Assembly (NCBI GenBank): GCA_964608115.1
Contig: CAZSOI010000040.1
Coordinates: forward strand, 3,818-67,817
Length of the DNA stretch: 64,000 nucleotides
Reading direction: 5' to 3'
DNA from: an uncultured Burkholderiaceae bacterium
Lineage (GTDB): Bacteria; Pseudomonadota; Gammaproteobacteria; Burkholderiales; Burkholderiaceae_F
The notes beneath the pieces were generated by a model. The model did not search any database, was not told where the DNA came from, and was given only the letters and a program-made list of their open reading frames with translations. The position numbers and the translations under genes are program-made. Of this stretch, positions 27,646 to 36,902 are shown one piece after another (positions within the stretch are counted from its first letter, which is position 1; the number at the start of each line of letters is the position of its first letter).

Positions 27646-28995
27646 ATGAAAACGACAAAACTAAAGTGGATCGGTACCGTTGTCGCGGGCGCCTGCGCCG
27701 CGGGCTTAACGGTTTGCGCCGCAGCCGCAGATACCGGCGTCGTCAAAGAGCAGTTCATGCCACTGCTGGTCTATCGTACCGGCGCCTACGCGCCCAACGG
27801 CACGCCGTGGGCCAACGCCAAGCAGGACTATTTGAAACTGATCAATGCGCGCGACGGCGGTGTCAACGGCGTCAAGCTTGTCTACGAGGAATGCGAGACC
27901 GCGTACTCTGCCGATCGGGGTGTCGAGTGTTACGAGCGCCTAAAGAGCAAAGGTCCGACGGGAGCTGCGCTGTTTGACCCGCAATCGACCGGAATTACTT
28001 TCGCGCTTACCGAGCGCGCACCGGTGGACAAGATTCCCATGTTGACCGTGGGTTACGGTCGCTCCGAGTCGCAAGACGGTGAAATCTTCAAGTGGAACTT
28101 TCCGCTGCTTGGCACCTACTGGACTGCGTCCGATATTTTGGTGCAGTACATCGCCAAGCGAGAAGGCGGGTTTGACCACCTGAACGGCAAGAAGATCGCA
28201 TTGGTCTTCCATGACTCGCCCTACGGCAAGGAGCCAATTCCCTTGCTCGAAGAGCGCGCACGCATGCATGGCTTTGAACTGCTCAAGATCCCCGTATCGC
28301 CAGCGTCGATGGTGGAACAAAAAGCCGTCTGGTTACAGGTCCGCCAGTTGCGGCCCGATTACGTGCTGCTATGGGGGTGGGGAGTGATGAACTCTGCGGC
28401 CCTGAAAGAAGCCCAGGAAACGGCGTTTCCGCGCGACCACATGCTGGGGGTGTGGTGGTCCGGTGCCGAGCCCGATGTCAAGGATGTGGGCGAGGGCGCG
28501 AAGGGATACAGCGCGCTTACGATCCAATATGGAGCGGGTTTGAGCAAGGTGCAAAACGACATCCTCAAATACGTGCACGACAAGGGTCAGGGTACGGGCC
28601 CGCGCGAGGAGGTCGGCACCGTGCTCTATAACCGGGGGCTGATCATCGCGATGCTCAGCGTCGAGGCGGTACGTCGTGCGCAGGAGCATTTTGGTAAGGG
28701 CAAGCCGATGACCGGGGAGCAGGTTCGCTGGGGACTGGAGAACTTATCGCTCGACCAAAAGAAGCTTGATGCGTTGGGATTTGGCGAGATGCTCAAGCCG
28801 ATCGCCACCTCATGCTCCAACCACGTTGGGGCTTCTTTTGCTCGCATCCAGACCTGGGACGGAACCAAGTGGGTGCCAGGAGATCTGTACGAGGCAGATC
28901 AAAAGATCATCACACCGATGGCACATAAGTTCGCCGACGACTACGGTGCCAAAAATGGCATTACCCGTCGCACACCGCAGGACTGCCAAAGCTAA
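27646..28995 (+). CDS. Periplasmic substrate-binding protein (LivJ/K-like type 1 fold)
   Basis: AAGGAG RBS before ATG 27646, signal peptide, YRTGAYAPNG, EECETAY, HDSPYGKE. Confidence 0.92.
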   Translation: MKTTKLKWIGTVVAGACAAGLTVCAAAADTGVVKEQFMPLLVYRTGAYAPNGTPWANAKQDYLKLINARDGGVNGVKLVYEECETAYSADRGVECYERLKSKGPTGAALFDPQSTGITFALTERAPVDKIPMLTVGYGRSESQDGEIFKWNFPLLGTYWTASDILVQYIAKREGGFDHLNGKKIALVFHDSPYGKEPIPLLEERARMHGFELLKIPVSPASMVEQKAVWLQVRQLRPDYVLLWGWGVMNSAALKEAQETAFPRDHMLGVWWSGAEPDVKDVGEGAKGYSALTIQYGAGLSKVQNDILKYVHDKGQGTGPREEVGTVLYNRGLIIAMLSVEAVRRAQEHFGKGKPMTGEQVRWGLENLSLDQKKLDALGFGEMLKPIATSCSNHVGASFARIQTWDGTKWVPGDLYEADQKIITPMAHKFADDYGAKNGITRRTPQDCQS

Positions 28996-29003
28996 ATAGC
29001 AAT

Positions 29004-29033
29004 GCGGGCGGCAATTGCCGCCCGCTTTTTTTT
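29004..29033 (+). terminator. Intrinsic-terminator-like hairpin between the SBP gene and livF
   Basis: GCGGGCGGCAATTGCCGCCCGC (perfect 22-bp palindrome) followed by T8, 8 bp after the SBP stop and directly abutting the next ATG. Confidence 0.7.
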
Positions 29034-29912
29034 ATGAGCGCGCAGCCTGCCACCGCCATACCATCGACCGATGGTGCATCGACTGCACTGCTCACCGTCA
29101 ACGGCATCGAGGTGATCTATAACCACGTCATATTAGTGCTCAAGGGGGTGTCGCTGACCGTGCCGCGCGGTGGCATCGTTGCCTTGCTGGGTGCCAATGG
29201 AGCAGGCAAGACAACTACGCTGCGTGCCGTCTCCAATTTGTTGCGCGGCGAGCGCGGAGAAGTCACCAAGGGCAGCATCGTCTACGATGGCCAACAGATC
29301 GAGCGGCTGTCGCCCTACGATCTGGTGCGGCGGGGCGTTGTCCAAGTGATGGAAGGTCGGCGCTGCTTTGCGCACCTGACGATCGAAGAGAATATGCTAA
29401 CTGGCGCCTATACGGGTTCGGCCCGCGGCGCCTTCCGTGCAAGCAAGTCTGCGCGGCATGGCGCAAACGAGGATTTGCTCGATCGGGTCTACCGCTACTT
29501 TCCGCGCCTCAAACACCGGCGCACGAGCTTGGCGGGCTACACCTCGGGAGGCGAGCAGCAGATGTGTGCGATTGGCCGCGCGCTCATGGCGCGCCCATCG
29601 ATGATTTTGCTCGACGAACCGTCGATGGGCCTGGCACCTCAGGTTGTTGCGGAGATTTTCGGCATTGTTCGCGATCTCAACGAGAAAGAAGGCGTGTCGT
29701 TCTTACTGGCCGAACAAAACGCACACATTGCACTGCGCTATGCGCGCCACGGCTACATCCTGGAAAATGGACGTGTCGTGATGGACGGTGATGCAGCCTC
29801 ACTGGAGAGCAACGAGGACGTGAAGGAGTTTTACTTGGGTCTGTCGCGCGAGGGCCGCAGAAGCTTTCGCGACGCAAAGTTTTACCGGCGCCGCAAGCGC
29901 TGGCTCGCCTAG
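29034..29912 (+). CDS. LivF-type ABC transporter ATP-binding protein
   Basis: GANGAGKT, VMEGRRCF, TSGGEQQM, LLDEPSMGLAP, EQNA. Confidence 0.93.
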   Translation: MSAQPATAIPSTDGASTALLTVNGIEVIYNHVILVLKGVSLTVPRGGIVALLGANGAGKTTTLRAVSNLLRGERGEVTKGSIVYDGQQIERLSPYDLVRRGVVQVMEGRRCFAHLTIEENMLTGAYTGSARGAFRASKSARHGANEDLLDRVYRYFPRLKHRRTSLAGYTSGGEQQMCAIGRALMARPSMILLDEPSMGLAPQVVAEIFGIVRDLNEKEGVSFLLAEQNAHIALRYARHGYILENGRVVMDGDAASLESNEDVKEFYLGLSREGRRSFRDAKFYRRRKRWLA

Positions 29913-29939
29913 TTCGCCTTTTCTGGAAACAGCGCTTTC

Positions 29940-31175
29940 ATGTCGGACCATTACGATGCGCTCGAGACTCGCGAACCCGCGGCGCGCGAGCGCGATCTGG
30001 CATTACGCCTGCCACTGCTGATTGCTTCGGCGTTGCGTGCGCCAGGTTGGAGCAGACACCTGGGTTCCATAGATCCGATGGGTGTCGATTCGCGCGCTGC
30101 GCTGGCGCGCTTGCCGCTGTTGCGCAAATCCGCGCTGATCGACATGCAGGCGCAGTCGCCGCCGCTCGCGCAACTCGTACCCGATTCCTTGGCCGATTTT
30201 GGGCGGGTTTTCGTCTCGCCCGGCCCAATTCTCGAAGTCGAAGGGCGCCACGAGGATTGCTGGCGCTCGGCGCGCGGCTTGTATGCGGCCGGAGTTCGCG
30301 CCGGCGACCTTGTGCTTAACACGTTTTCCTATCATCTGACGCCCGGCGGATTCATTCTGGATGCTGGCGCGCGCGCGCTGGGCTGCACGGTCATCCCGGC
30401 GGGTCCTGGCAACACCGAGCAGCAGGTCAAGCTGCTCGCGCAACTTAAGCCCAATACCTACTGCGGCACGCCCGACTTCCTGAAAGTCTTGCTCGACGCC
30501 GCCGATCGCGCCGGCGTTGCGAATTCCCTGCGCAAAGCAGCCGTCTCTGGAGCTGCACTTCCCACATCGCTGCAACGGGAGTTCGCATCGCGCGGTGTCG
30601 ACGCCTATCAGATGTACGCGACGGCCGACCTGGGACTGGTGGCCTACGAAACGCCAGCGCGCGAAGCGCTCGTGGTTGCCGAAGACGTGCTTTTGGAGAT
30701 CGTGCGTCCGGGCACGGGTGATCCGGTCGCCGATGGCGAGGTCGGGGAAGTAGTGGTCACGTCCTTTGACTACAACCGACCCTGGATCCGGCTGGCCCTA
30801 GGCGATCTATCGGCGGTCGCCCCGGGCATTTCGCCCTGTGGGCGCACGAATCAGCGTATACGCGGCTGGCTGGGTCGGGCGGACCAAACGACAAAAATCA
30901 AAGGCATGTTCGTTCGCCCCGAGCAAATCGCCGAACTCTTGCGGCAGCATCCGGAAGTCGAGCGTGCGCGCCTTATCGTCACGCGCGCGGACGAAGTCGA
31001 TGTTGCGACTTTGCGCATCGAGGCTGCGGTGTCGCCGGGCCTGCAAACGCGGCTCGCCGATGCTTTTCGCTCGATTACCAAGATTGGCGGAGAAGTCGAG
31101 TTCGTTGGCCGCGGTACGTTGCCAAACGACGGCAAAGTGATCGAGGATGCACGTCCCGTGCAATCCGCAAATTAG
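29940..31175 (+). CDS. Phenylacetate-CoA ligase-like (PaaK family) adenylating enzyme
   Basis: SPGPI, NTFSYHLTPGG, YCGTPDFL, YATADLG, GRADQTTKIKGMFV. Confidence 0.85.
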   Translation: MSDHYDALETREPAARERDLALRLPLLIASALRAPGWSRHLGSIDPMGVDSRAALARLPLLRKSALIDMQAQSPPLAQLVPDSLADFGRVFVSPGPILEVEGRHEDCWRSARGLYAAGVRAGDLVLNTFSYHLTPGGFILDAGARALGCTVIPAGPGNTEQQVKLLAQLKPNTYCGTPDFLKVLLDAADRAGVANSLRKAAVSGAALPTSLQREFASRGVDAYQMYATADLGLVAYETPAREALVVAEDVLLEIVRPGTGDPVADGEVGEVVVTSFDYNRPWIRLALGDLSAVAPGISPCGRTNQRIRGWLGRADQTTKIKGMFVRPEQIAELLRQHPEVERARLIVTRADEVDVATLRIEAAVSPGLQTRLADAFRSITKIGGEVEFVGRGTLPNDGKVIEDARPVQSAN

Positions 31176-31996
31176 CCTGTCAGGGACGCTTTTTCCCCCG
31201 CGTTAAAGTGCATCGGCGCACGCGCCTCGCTTTGGCTGCTTCGCCCAGATGGTGGCCGCCCCAGTCCCAGCGCCTCCTTTAGCGCCCAGATTCTGCTTCT
31301 GCCGACCGGCACGCGCGGCGAATTGTGACCGTCCATCACGACAATGTAGTTCTCACCCTCGCGCTCGATGGTCTTGGCGTGTCGAAGATTGATAAAGTAA
31401 CTGCGGTGCGTGCGCAAAAAAAAGTTTTGATCCAGTCGCCCCTCAAGGTCACCGAGCGATAAATTGCAGAAATACTGCTGATCGCGTGTGTGTACCGTCG
31501 TGTAGTGCGCCTCCGATTGCATCCATACGACCTCATCGAGCGAGAGCAGCAGCACGCGGTTGTGCAGGAGCACGGGCAGCTTTACAAGCTGTCGGGGACG
31601 GCTCGACCGCTCCGGCAGGTCGCCAAAATTTTCCGCTTGCGTCGTGATGTCGGTTAGGTCGTAAAACACCAGGCACGAACCCACCAGCGCGCCGTGCCCC
31701 ATCAGCTTGGTGACCTTGATCAGCAACACCCGGTCGGGTATCGAGATCATCATCGTCATCGGCGGCGGCGAATCCATCGGACAGCGCGCGGCCTTCTCGG
31801 CCGAGTCCAGCAGGAGCTGGATTTTGTCGCGGCTTTTTTCCGGGTGAAACTGCAGTACTTCACGCCCGATCGGATCGCCTTGAATGTCGCCAAGGACACG
31901 ATGGGCGACTGCATTCATCCCGGCGATGCGATTGTCCGCATCTAGCATGACGACGCCGGGATCGAACTTTTGCAGCTTGTAGTAAAAGCTCTCCAT
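31172..31996 (-). CDS. rcoM: Heme-PAS + LytTR CO-sensing transcription factor
   Basis: PAS with HPEKSRDK (heme His), CPMDSPPPMTMMISIPDR (Cys/Met ligands) and a C-terminal LytTR (FLRTHRSYFINL, VPVGRSR); divergent from coxM, as for RcoM of Paraburkholderia xenovorans. Confidence 0.88.
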   Translation of the reverse strand: MESFYYKLQKFDPGVVMLDADNRIAGMNAVAHRVLGDIQGDPIGREVLQFHPEKSRDKIQLLLDSAEKAARCPMDSPPPMTMMISIPDRVLLIKVTKLMGHGALVGSCLVFYDLTDITTQAENFGDLPERSSRPRQLVKLPVLLHNRVLLLSLDEVVWMQSEAHYTTVHTRDQQYFCNLSLGDLEGRLDQNFFLRTHRSYFINLRHAKTIEREGENYIVVMDGHNSPRVPVGRSRIWALKEALGLGRPPSGRSSQSEARAPMHFNAGEKASLTG

Positions 31997-32090
31997 TGGC
32001 TCTCTACTCTATGCCTTTTGCGCCCTCGGGTGTGCCCTCTTTGCGCGCGCGCGTGCAACCATAGCCAAGACGCGCGCTGCAGCTCAGAAC

Positions 32091-32190
32091 TTGTTAAGCC
32101 ACTAGGGTTGTTTTCGCGTCTGCTCCGCTTTTCGTGCAGCAGGCCTGCAGTTCGTGCGCCAAGCGCCTACTTCCGTGAAATTGTGCACGA
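32091..32190 (+). promoter_or_regulatory. Periodic direct repeats upstream of coxM, candidate RcoM operator
   Basis: TTGTTA 32091, TTTTCG 32111, TTCGTG 32131, TTCGTG 32151, TTCCGTG 32171, at exact 20-bp spacing; an inverted TCGTGCA at 32184-32190. Confidence 0.55.
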
Positions 32191-32305
32191 CAGCAAGCTA
32201 GCGGCAAAAGATACTTTGATTGATTTATCTGTCCTATGTAGCAATGCGCCTGTCGCACGCCTGTGCGGTTCGATTCTCTTGCCGTAGCCGACCATAGGAG
32301 GAAGT

Positions 32306-33169
32306 GTGATTCCACGACCCTTTGAATACCACGCGCCGGCCAATTTGCCCGACGCGCTTTCCTTGCTGCAACGCTACGGCGAGCAAGCAAAGTTACTGGC
32401 GGGTGGGCACAGCCTGCTGCCAATGATGAAACTGCGCTTTGCCGCTCCGGGCCACTTGATCGATTTGGGCAAGATCGGAGAGCTCAGGGGAATCCGGCAG
32501 GTAGGCTCGGAAATCCACATTGGTGCCATGACGACCGAAAATGAGTTGATCTGGTCGCCTCTTTTAGCCGAGAAAATTCCCCTGCTCGCGGAAGGCGCGG
32601 GGCTCATATCGGATCCGCAAGTTCGCTACAAAGGCACCATGGGTGGCGACATCGCGCATGGCGACCCAGCTAACGACCACCCGGCGCTGATGCTCGCGTT
32701 GGATGCGAGCTTCGCGCTGCGCAGTCCGATGGGCGAGCGCATCGTCCCGGCGGATGGCTTTTTTGTTGGACCGTTCGCCACGCAGATGGAGCCGGGGGAA
32801 GTGCTCACGCGCATTCAGATTCCGGTTCCCAGTGCAGGCACCGGCTGGTGCTACGCAAAATTAAAGCGCAAGACCGGGGACTATGCCGCCGCGGCAGCTG
32901 CCGCACTGCTTCGCGTCCAAGCCGGGCGCGTCGCGTTTGCTCGTTTGGCCCTTACCAATGTCGGCCCGATCCCCCTGAAGGTGCGCGCGGCTGAGCAATA
33001 TCTGCAGGGCCGAGCGCTGGATGATGCGGCAATCAACGAAGCCGCGCGGCTTGCAATGAGTATTTGCGAACCGACTCAGGACCAGCGCGGGGACGTCGCC
33101 TACAAGACGGCGATGGCCGGGGAGATGACCCAGCGGGCGCTGCGCACGGCGCACTCGCGCAGCCAATAA
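32306..33169 (+). CDS. coxM: Aerobic CO dehydrogenase medium (FAD) subunit
   Basis: AGGAGG RBS; [47 protein letters not shown]. Confidence 0.96.
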   Translation: MIPRPFEYHAPANLPDALSLLQRYGEQAKLLAGGHSLLPMMKLRFAAPGHLIDLGKIGELRGIRQVGSEIHIGAMTTENELIWSPLLAEKIPLLAEGAGLISDPQVRYKGTMGGDIAHGDPANDHPALMLALDASFALRSPMGERIVPADGFFVGPFATQMEPGEVLTRIQIPVPSAGTGWCYAKLKRKTGDYAAAAAAALLRVQAGRVAFARLALTNVGPIPLKVRAAEQYLQGRALDDAAINEAARLAMSICEPTQDQRGDVAYKTAMAGEMTQRALRTAHSRSQ

Positions 33170-33201
33170 GCAAAAACGGTCAACACCGTCAGGAGCCCAA
33201 C

Positions 33202-33687
33202 ATGGCAATCTCACAGAACGTATCGTTCACGCTCAACGGCAAAGCCGTGCAAGTAATGGTCGAACCGCGCGAGCTGCTCATCCACACGCTGCGCGAAAAA
33301 CTGCATCACACCGGTCCACACATCGGCTGCGAAACTTCGCACTGCGGGGCCTGCACGGTCGACATCGATGCCATGTCCGTAAAGTCCTGCACCGTGCTCA
33401 CCGTGCAGTGCCAGGGCGCCGACGTTCTGACTATTGAAGGCTTGGAGCGAAACGGCCAACTCCACGCGCTGCAGGAAGCCTTTAGCCAGGACCACGCCCT
33501 GCAGTGTGGCTACTGTACGCCAGGCATGATCACGCGGGCATATCGGCTGCTGCAGGAGAATCCCAACCCCTCGGAGCAGGAGATCCGCTACTGGATGGCG
33601 GGCAACCTGTGCCGATGCACGGGTTATCAAAACATCGTCAAGGCGGTGCAGTCCGCGGCGCAAAAGCTCGCGGCGCAGCCCGCCTAG
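33202..33687 (+). CDS. coxS: Aerobic CO dehydrogenase small (2x[2Fe-2S]) subunit
   Basis: [28 protein letters not shown]; AGGAG RBS before ATG 33202. Confidence 0.96.
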   Translation: MAISQNVSFTLNGKAVQVMVEPRELLIHTLREKLHHTGPHIGCETSHCGACTVDIDAMSVKSCTVLTVQCQGADVLTIEGLERNGQLHALQEAFSQDHALQCGYCTPGMITRAYRLLQENPNPSEQEIRYWMAGNLCRCTGYQNIVKAVQSAAQKLAAQPA

Positions 33688-33757
33688 GCCACGTTGCGCC
33701 AATTTCATAGCGCGCATTGCCAGCCAGATCAACGTCTCTAACCCGGGAGATTGCCAC

Positions 33758-36166
33758 ATGCCTGATACCAACGTCGTTGCGCGCGAGCGCCAAGACAAGC
33801 TGCAGGGAATGGGGTGCTCGCGCAAGCGCAAGGAGGACGCTCGTTTCATTCGCGGCCAAGGAAGCTTCGTTGACGATATTCAGCTGCCCGGAATGCTCTT
33901 TGGAGCCATGGTGCGCAGCCCCTACGCGCACGCGCGCATCAAATCGATCAACAAGGCCAAGGCGCTCGCGGTGCCGGGTGTTGTTGCCGTGCTGACCGCC
34001 GATGATCTAAAGCCGGTGAACCTCGCGTGGATGCCGACGCTCGGAGGCGACGTTCAGGCGGTACTCGCTGACAAAAAGGTCTGCTTCCAGTACCAGGAAG
34101 TCGCGTTTGTCATCGCAAACGACCGCTATGCCGCGGCCGACGGTGTCGAAGCAGTAGAGGTGGAGTACGAGGAGTTGCCCGCAATCGTCGATCCGCGTCG
34201 GGCGATGGATAGAAATGCCCCGATCATCCGGGAGGACATCGCAGATAAGCCCGAAGTGGGCCACGGTCCGCGCACGCACCCCAATCATATCTTCACCTGG
34301 GAGGCGGGCGACAAGGGCGGTACCGACGCGGCCTTTGACAAGGCCCCCGTAATCGTCCGGCAAGAAATTCTGAATCCTCGCGTACACCCTTGCCCGCTGG
34401 AAACCTGCGGCTGTGTCGCCTCATTTAACAAACCCACGGGGCAGTTGACGGTGTACATGACTTCCCAGGCACCGCACCTCGTACGAACCGTCGCGTCCAT
34501 GCTCTCGGGCGTTGCAGAGAGCAAGATCCGTATCGTAGGTGGCGATATTGGCGGGGGCTTTGGCAACAAGGTGCCGGTCTACCCGGGTTATGTCGCCGCC
34601 ATCGTGGCCAGCATCGTGACGGGAGTACCGATCAAGTGGATCGAGTCGCGCATCGAAAACATCTCGACCACGGGATTTGCCCGCGACTACCACTGCGTGG
34701 GTGAGCTCGCGGCCGATAGGGACGGACGGATACGAGCGCTTCGGTTTCGGGCCCTTGCCGACCACGGCGCCTTTAATGCCCACGTTTCGGCGACAAAATT
34801 TCCCGCGGGCCTTTTTAGCATCTGCACAGGCTCCTACGACATCCCCAAGGCGTATTGCCGGGTCGATGCCGTCTACACGAATAAGGCGCCCGGTGGGGTG
34901 GCCTACCGCTGCTCGCTGCGGGTCACGGAGGCGGTGTACCTCATCGAGCGAATGATCGACGTGCTGGCGCAGAAAGTCGGAGTGGATAAGGCCGAAATTC
35001 GTCGGCGCAACTTCGTCAGGGCCGAACAGTTCCCGTATACCACCGCCTTTGGCTGGACGCTCGACAGCGGCAATTATCAGCGCGCACTCGAGAAGGTTCT
35101 GACGGCAGTGGACTACGATGGTCTACGCCGTGAACAAGCGCAAAAGCGCGCCCGCGGGGAACTGATGGGCATCGGCATATCGACGTTTACGGAAATCGTC
35201 GGCGCCGGACCAACCAAGGCCTGCGACATTCTTGGCATAGGCCTTTTTGACAGCTGCGAGATCCGTGTGCACCCCACGGGCAGCGTCATCGCTCGATTAG
35301 GCACGATGAGCCAGGGTCAGGGTCATGCAACGACGTACGCACAGATCATTGCCACCGAGCTTGGCCTGCCCTCGGAGGACATTCAAATCGAGGAGGGCGA
35401 TACGGACAAGGCACCGTACGGCGCCGGCACCTGGGGCTCGCGCTCCACGCCGGTTGCCGGTGCCGCGGCAGCGCGCGCCACCCGCAAGATCATGGACAAA
35501 GCCAAGAAGATTGCCGCCCACCTATTGGAGGTCGGCGTAGGCGATCTGGAGTGGGAGGTTGACCGCTTCAAGGTCAAGGGCAATCCCAGCGCGACAAAGA
35601 CCATGAAGGAAATATGCATGGCCGCGCACGGTAGCAATCTGCCAGCGGGCATGGAGCAGGGCCTGAACGCCGTAGAGTATTACGACCCGCCCAACCTGAC
35701 CTTTCCTTTTGGCGCTTACGTTTGTGTCGTCGATATCGACCGCTTCACGGGGGAGACCAAGGTACGGCGCTTTTACGCACTGGACGACTGCGGCACGCGC
35801 ATCAACCCGATGATCATCGAAGGTCAGATCCACGGCGGGCTGACGGAAGCCTTCGCGGTAGCAATGGGTCAGTCGGTTCCCTTTGACGAAAGTGGCAATC
35901 ACCTGGGCAACAGCTTCATGGATTATTTCGTGCCCACCGCGATGGAAACACCGAAATGGGAAACGGATTCCACGGTAACTCCGTCGCCGCACCACCCGAT
36001 CGGTGCCAAAGGCGTGGCCGAATCGCCCCATGTGGGTGGCATACCGTGTTTTTCAAACGCTGTCATCGATGCCTTTGCGCATCTGGGGGTCACACACATG
36101 GACATGCCGCATACCTCGTATCGCGTATGGCAGCAATGCAACAGCTCGGGTGTCAACAAGCGCTGA
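33758..36166 (+). CDS. coxL: Aerobic Mo-Cu CO dehydrogenase large subunit, form I-like (AYRCSLR)
   Basis: GGGFGNK, active-site AYRCSLR at 34901-34921 with the Cu-ligating Cys, QGQGHATT, KGVAESP; order coxM-S-L is typical of form I loci. Confidence 0.95.
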   Translation: MPDTNVVARERQDKLQGMGCSRKRKEDARFIRGQGSFVDDIQLPGMLFGAMVRSPYAHARIKSINKAKALAVPGVVAVLTADDLKPVNLAWMPTLGGDVQAVLADKKVCFQYQEVAFVIANDRYAAADGVEAVEVEYEELPAIVDPRRAMDRNAPIIREDIADKPEVGHGPRTHPNHIFTWEAGDKGGTDAAFDKAPVIVRQEILNPRVHPCPLETCGCVASFNKPTGQLTVYMTSQAPHLVRTVASMLSGVAESKIRIVGGDIGGGFGNKVPVYPGYVAAIVASIVTGVPIKWIESRIENISTTGFARDYHCVGELAADRDGRIRALRFRALADHGAFNAHVSATKFPAGLFSICTGSYDIPKAYCRVDAVYTNKAPGGVAYRCSLRVTEAVYLIERMIDVLAQKVGVDKAEIRRRNFVRAEQFPYTTAFGWTLDSGNYQRALEKVLTAVDYDGLRREQAQKRARGELMGIGISTFTEIVGAGPTKACDILGIGLFDSCEIRVHPTGSVIARLGTMSQGQGHATTYAQIIATELGLPSEDIQIEEGDTDKAPYGAGTWGSRSTPVAGAAAARATRKIMDKAKKIAAHLLEVGVGDLEWEVDRFKVKGNPSATKTMKEICMAAHGSNLPAGMEQGLNAVEYYDPPNLTFPFGAYVCVVDIDRFTGETKVRRFYALDDCGTRINPMIIEGQIHGGLTEAFAVAMGQSVPFDESGNHLGNSFMDYFVPTAMETPKWETDSTVTPSPHHPIGAKGVAESPHVGGIPCFSNAVIDAFAHLGVTHMDMPHTSYRVWQQCNSSGVNKR

Positions 36167-36190
36167 GTACCCCGACGCGGGAGCGGCGAC

Positions 36191-36814
36191 ATGAAGGTGC
36201 AACTGGAACGATCTTTTCCAATGCCGGCGGGCAGCGATGTCGTCTGGCGCATGTTGCAGGACGTTGAGGCCGTCGCCGGATGCATGCCTGGAGCGAAGAT
36301 CTCCGAGCGCATCGATGCGCGGCACTTTAAGGGGACCGTGAGCGTACGGGCAGGGCCCGCCACATTGCTGTTCCGGGGTGATATCGAGGTATTGGAGGTG
36401 GACCCGGCGGCCCGAAGCCTGCGCCTGATGGGCAAGGGCACCGACAGCACTGGGACTTCGGGCGCCTCCATGGACTTGACGGCAAGCGTGCAAGGCGATG
36501 GTGCCAGTAGCAATCTTGTGGGCAAAAGCGAGGTCGCCATGAGCGGCAAAGCGGCGGCATTTGGCGGTCGCGTGATGAACTCCGTCGCCGATCAGATTCT
36601 GAAGCAGTTCGCGAGCAACTTCGCCGTGCAAGTGACGGCCCTTGCGGGCGCGGGCGCATCAACACAGGCAGTGGGTGCGGGCAAAGCTGCTGGCGCTGTG
36701 GCCGCGCCCATGGCGTCCAAAGCTTCGACAGGCGGCCACATTAATGCGTTGGCACTGCTTTGGGCGGTCATCAAGGACTGGTTGCGCGGGCTCTTTGGCA
36801 AGAGAGCGGCATGA
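36191..36814 (+). CDS. coxG: CoxG (SRPBCC fold with C-terminal membrane anchor)
   Basis: VAGCMPGA, GKAAAFGGRVM, Ala-rich linker, C-terminal INALALLWAVIKDWLRGLF. Confidence 0.9.
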   Translation: MKVQLERSFPMPAGSDVVWRMLQDVEAVAGCMPGAKISERIDARHFKGTVSVRAGPATLLFRGDIEVLEVDPAARSLRLMGKGTDSTGTSGASMDLTASVQGDGASSNLVGKSEVAMSGKAAAFGGRVMNSVADQILKQFASNFAVQVTALAGAGASTQAVGAGKAAGAVAAPMASKASTGGHINALALLWAVIKDWLRGLFGKRAA

Positions 36815-36902
36815 GTGCGACGAAGTGGCCGCCGCTCAAAGCGGCGCATCCGTTTGGCAACAAGCGCAGGGCCTGACGTGGGCCCTGAGGTAAGTCCCGC
36901 TC

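Noticed and set aside
32041-32058. TTGCGCGCGCGCGTGCAA near-palindromic alternating purine/pyrimidine tract (Z-DNA candidate) upstream of rcoM
   Set aside because: GC alternations are common at this base composition; no independent support.
33758-36166. Form II (non-CO-oxidising) coxL
   Set aside because: The motif has CS rather than GAG, gene order is M-S-L, and rcoM, coxD, coxE and coxG are adjacent.
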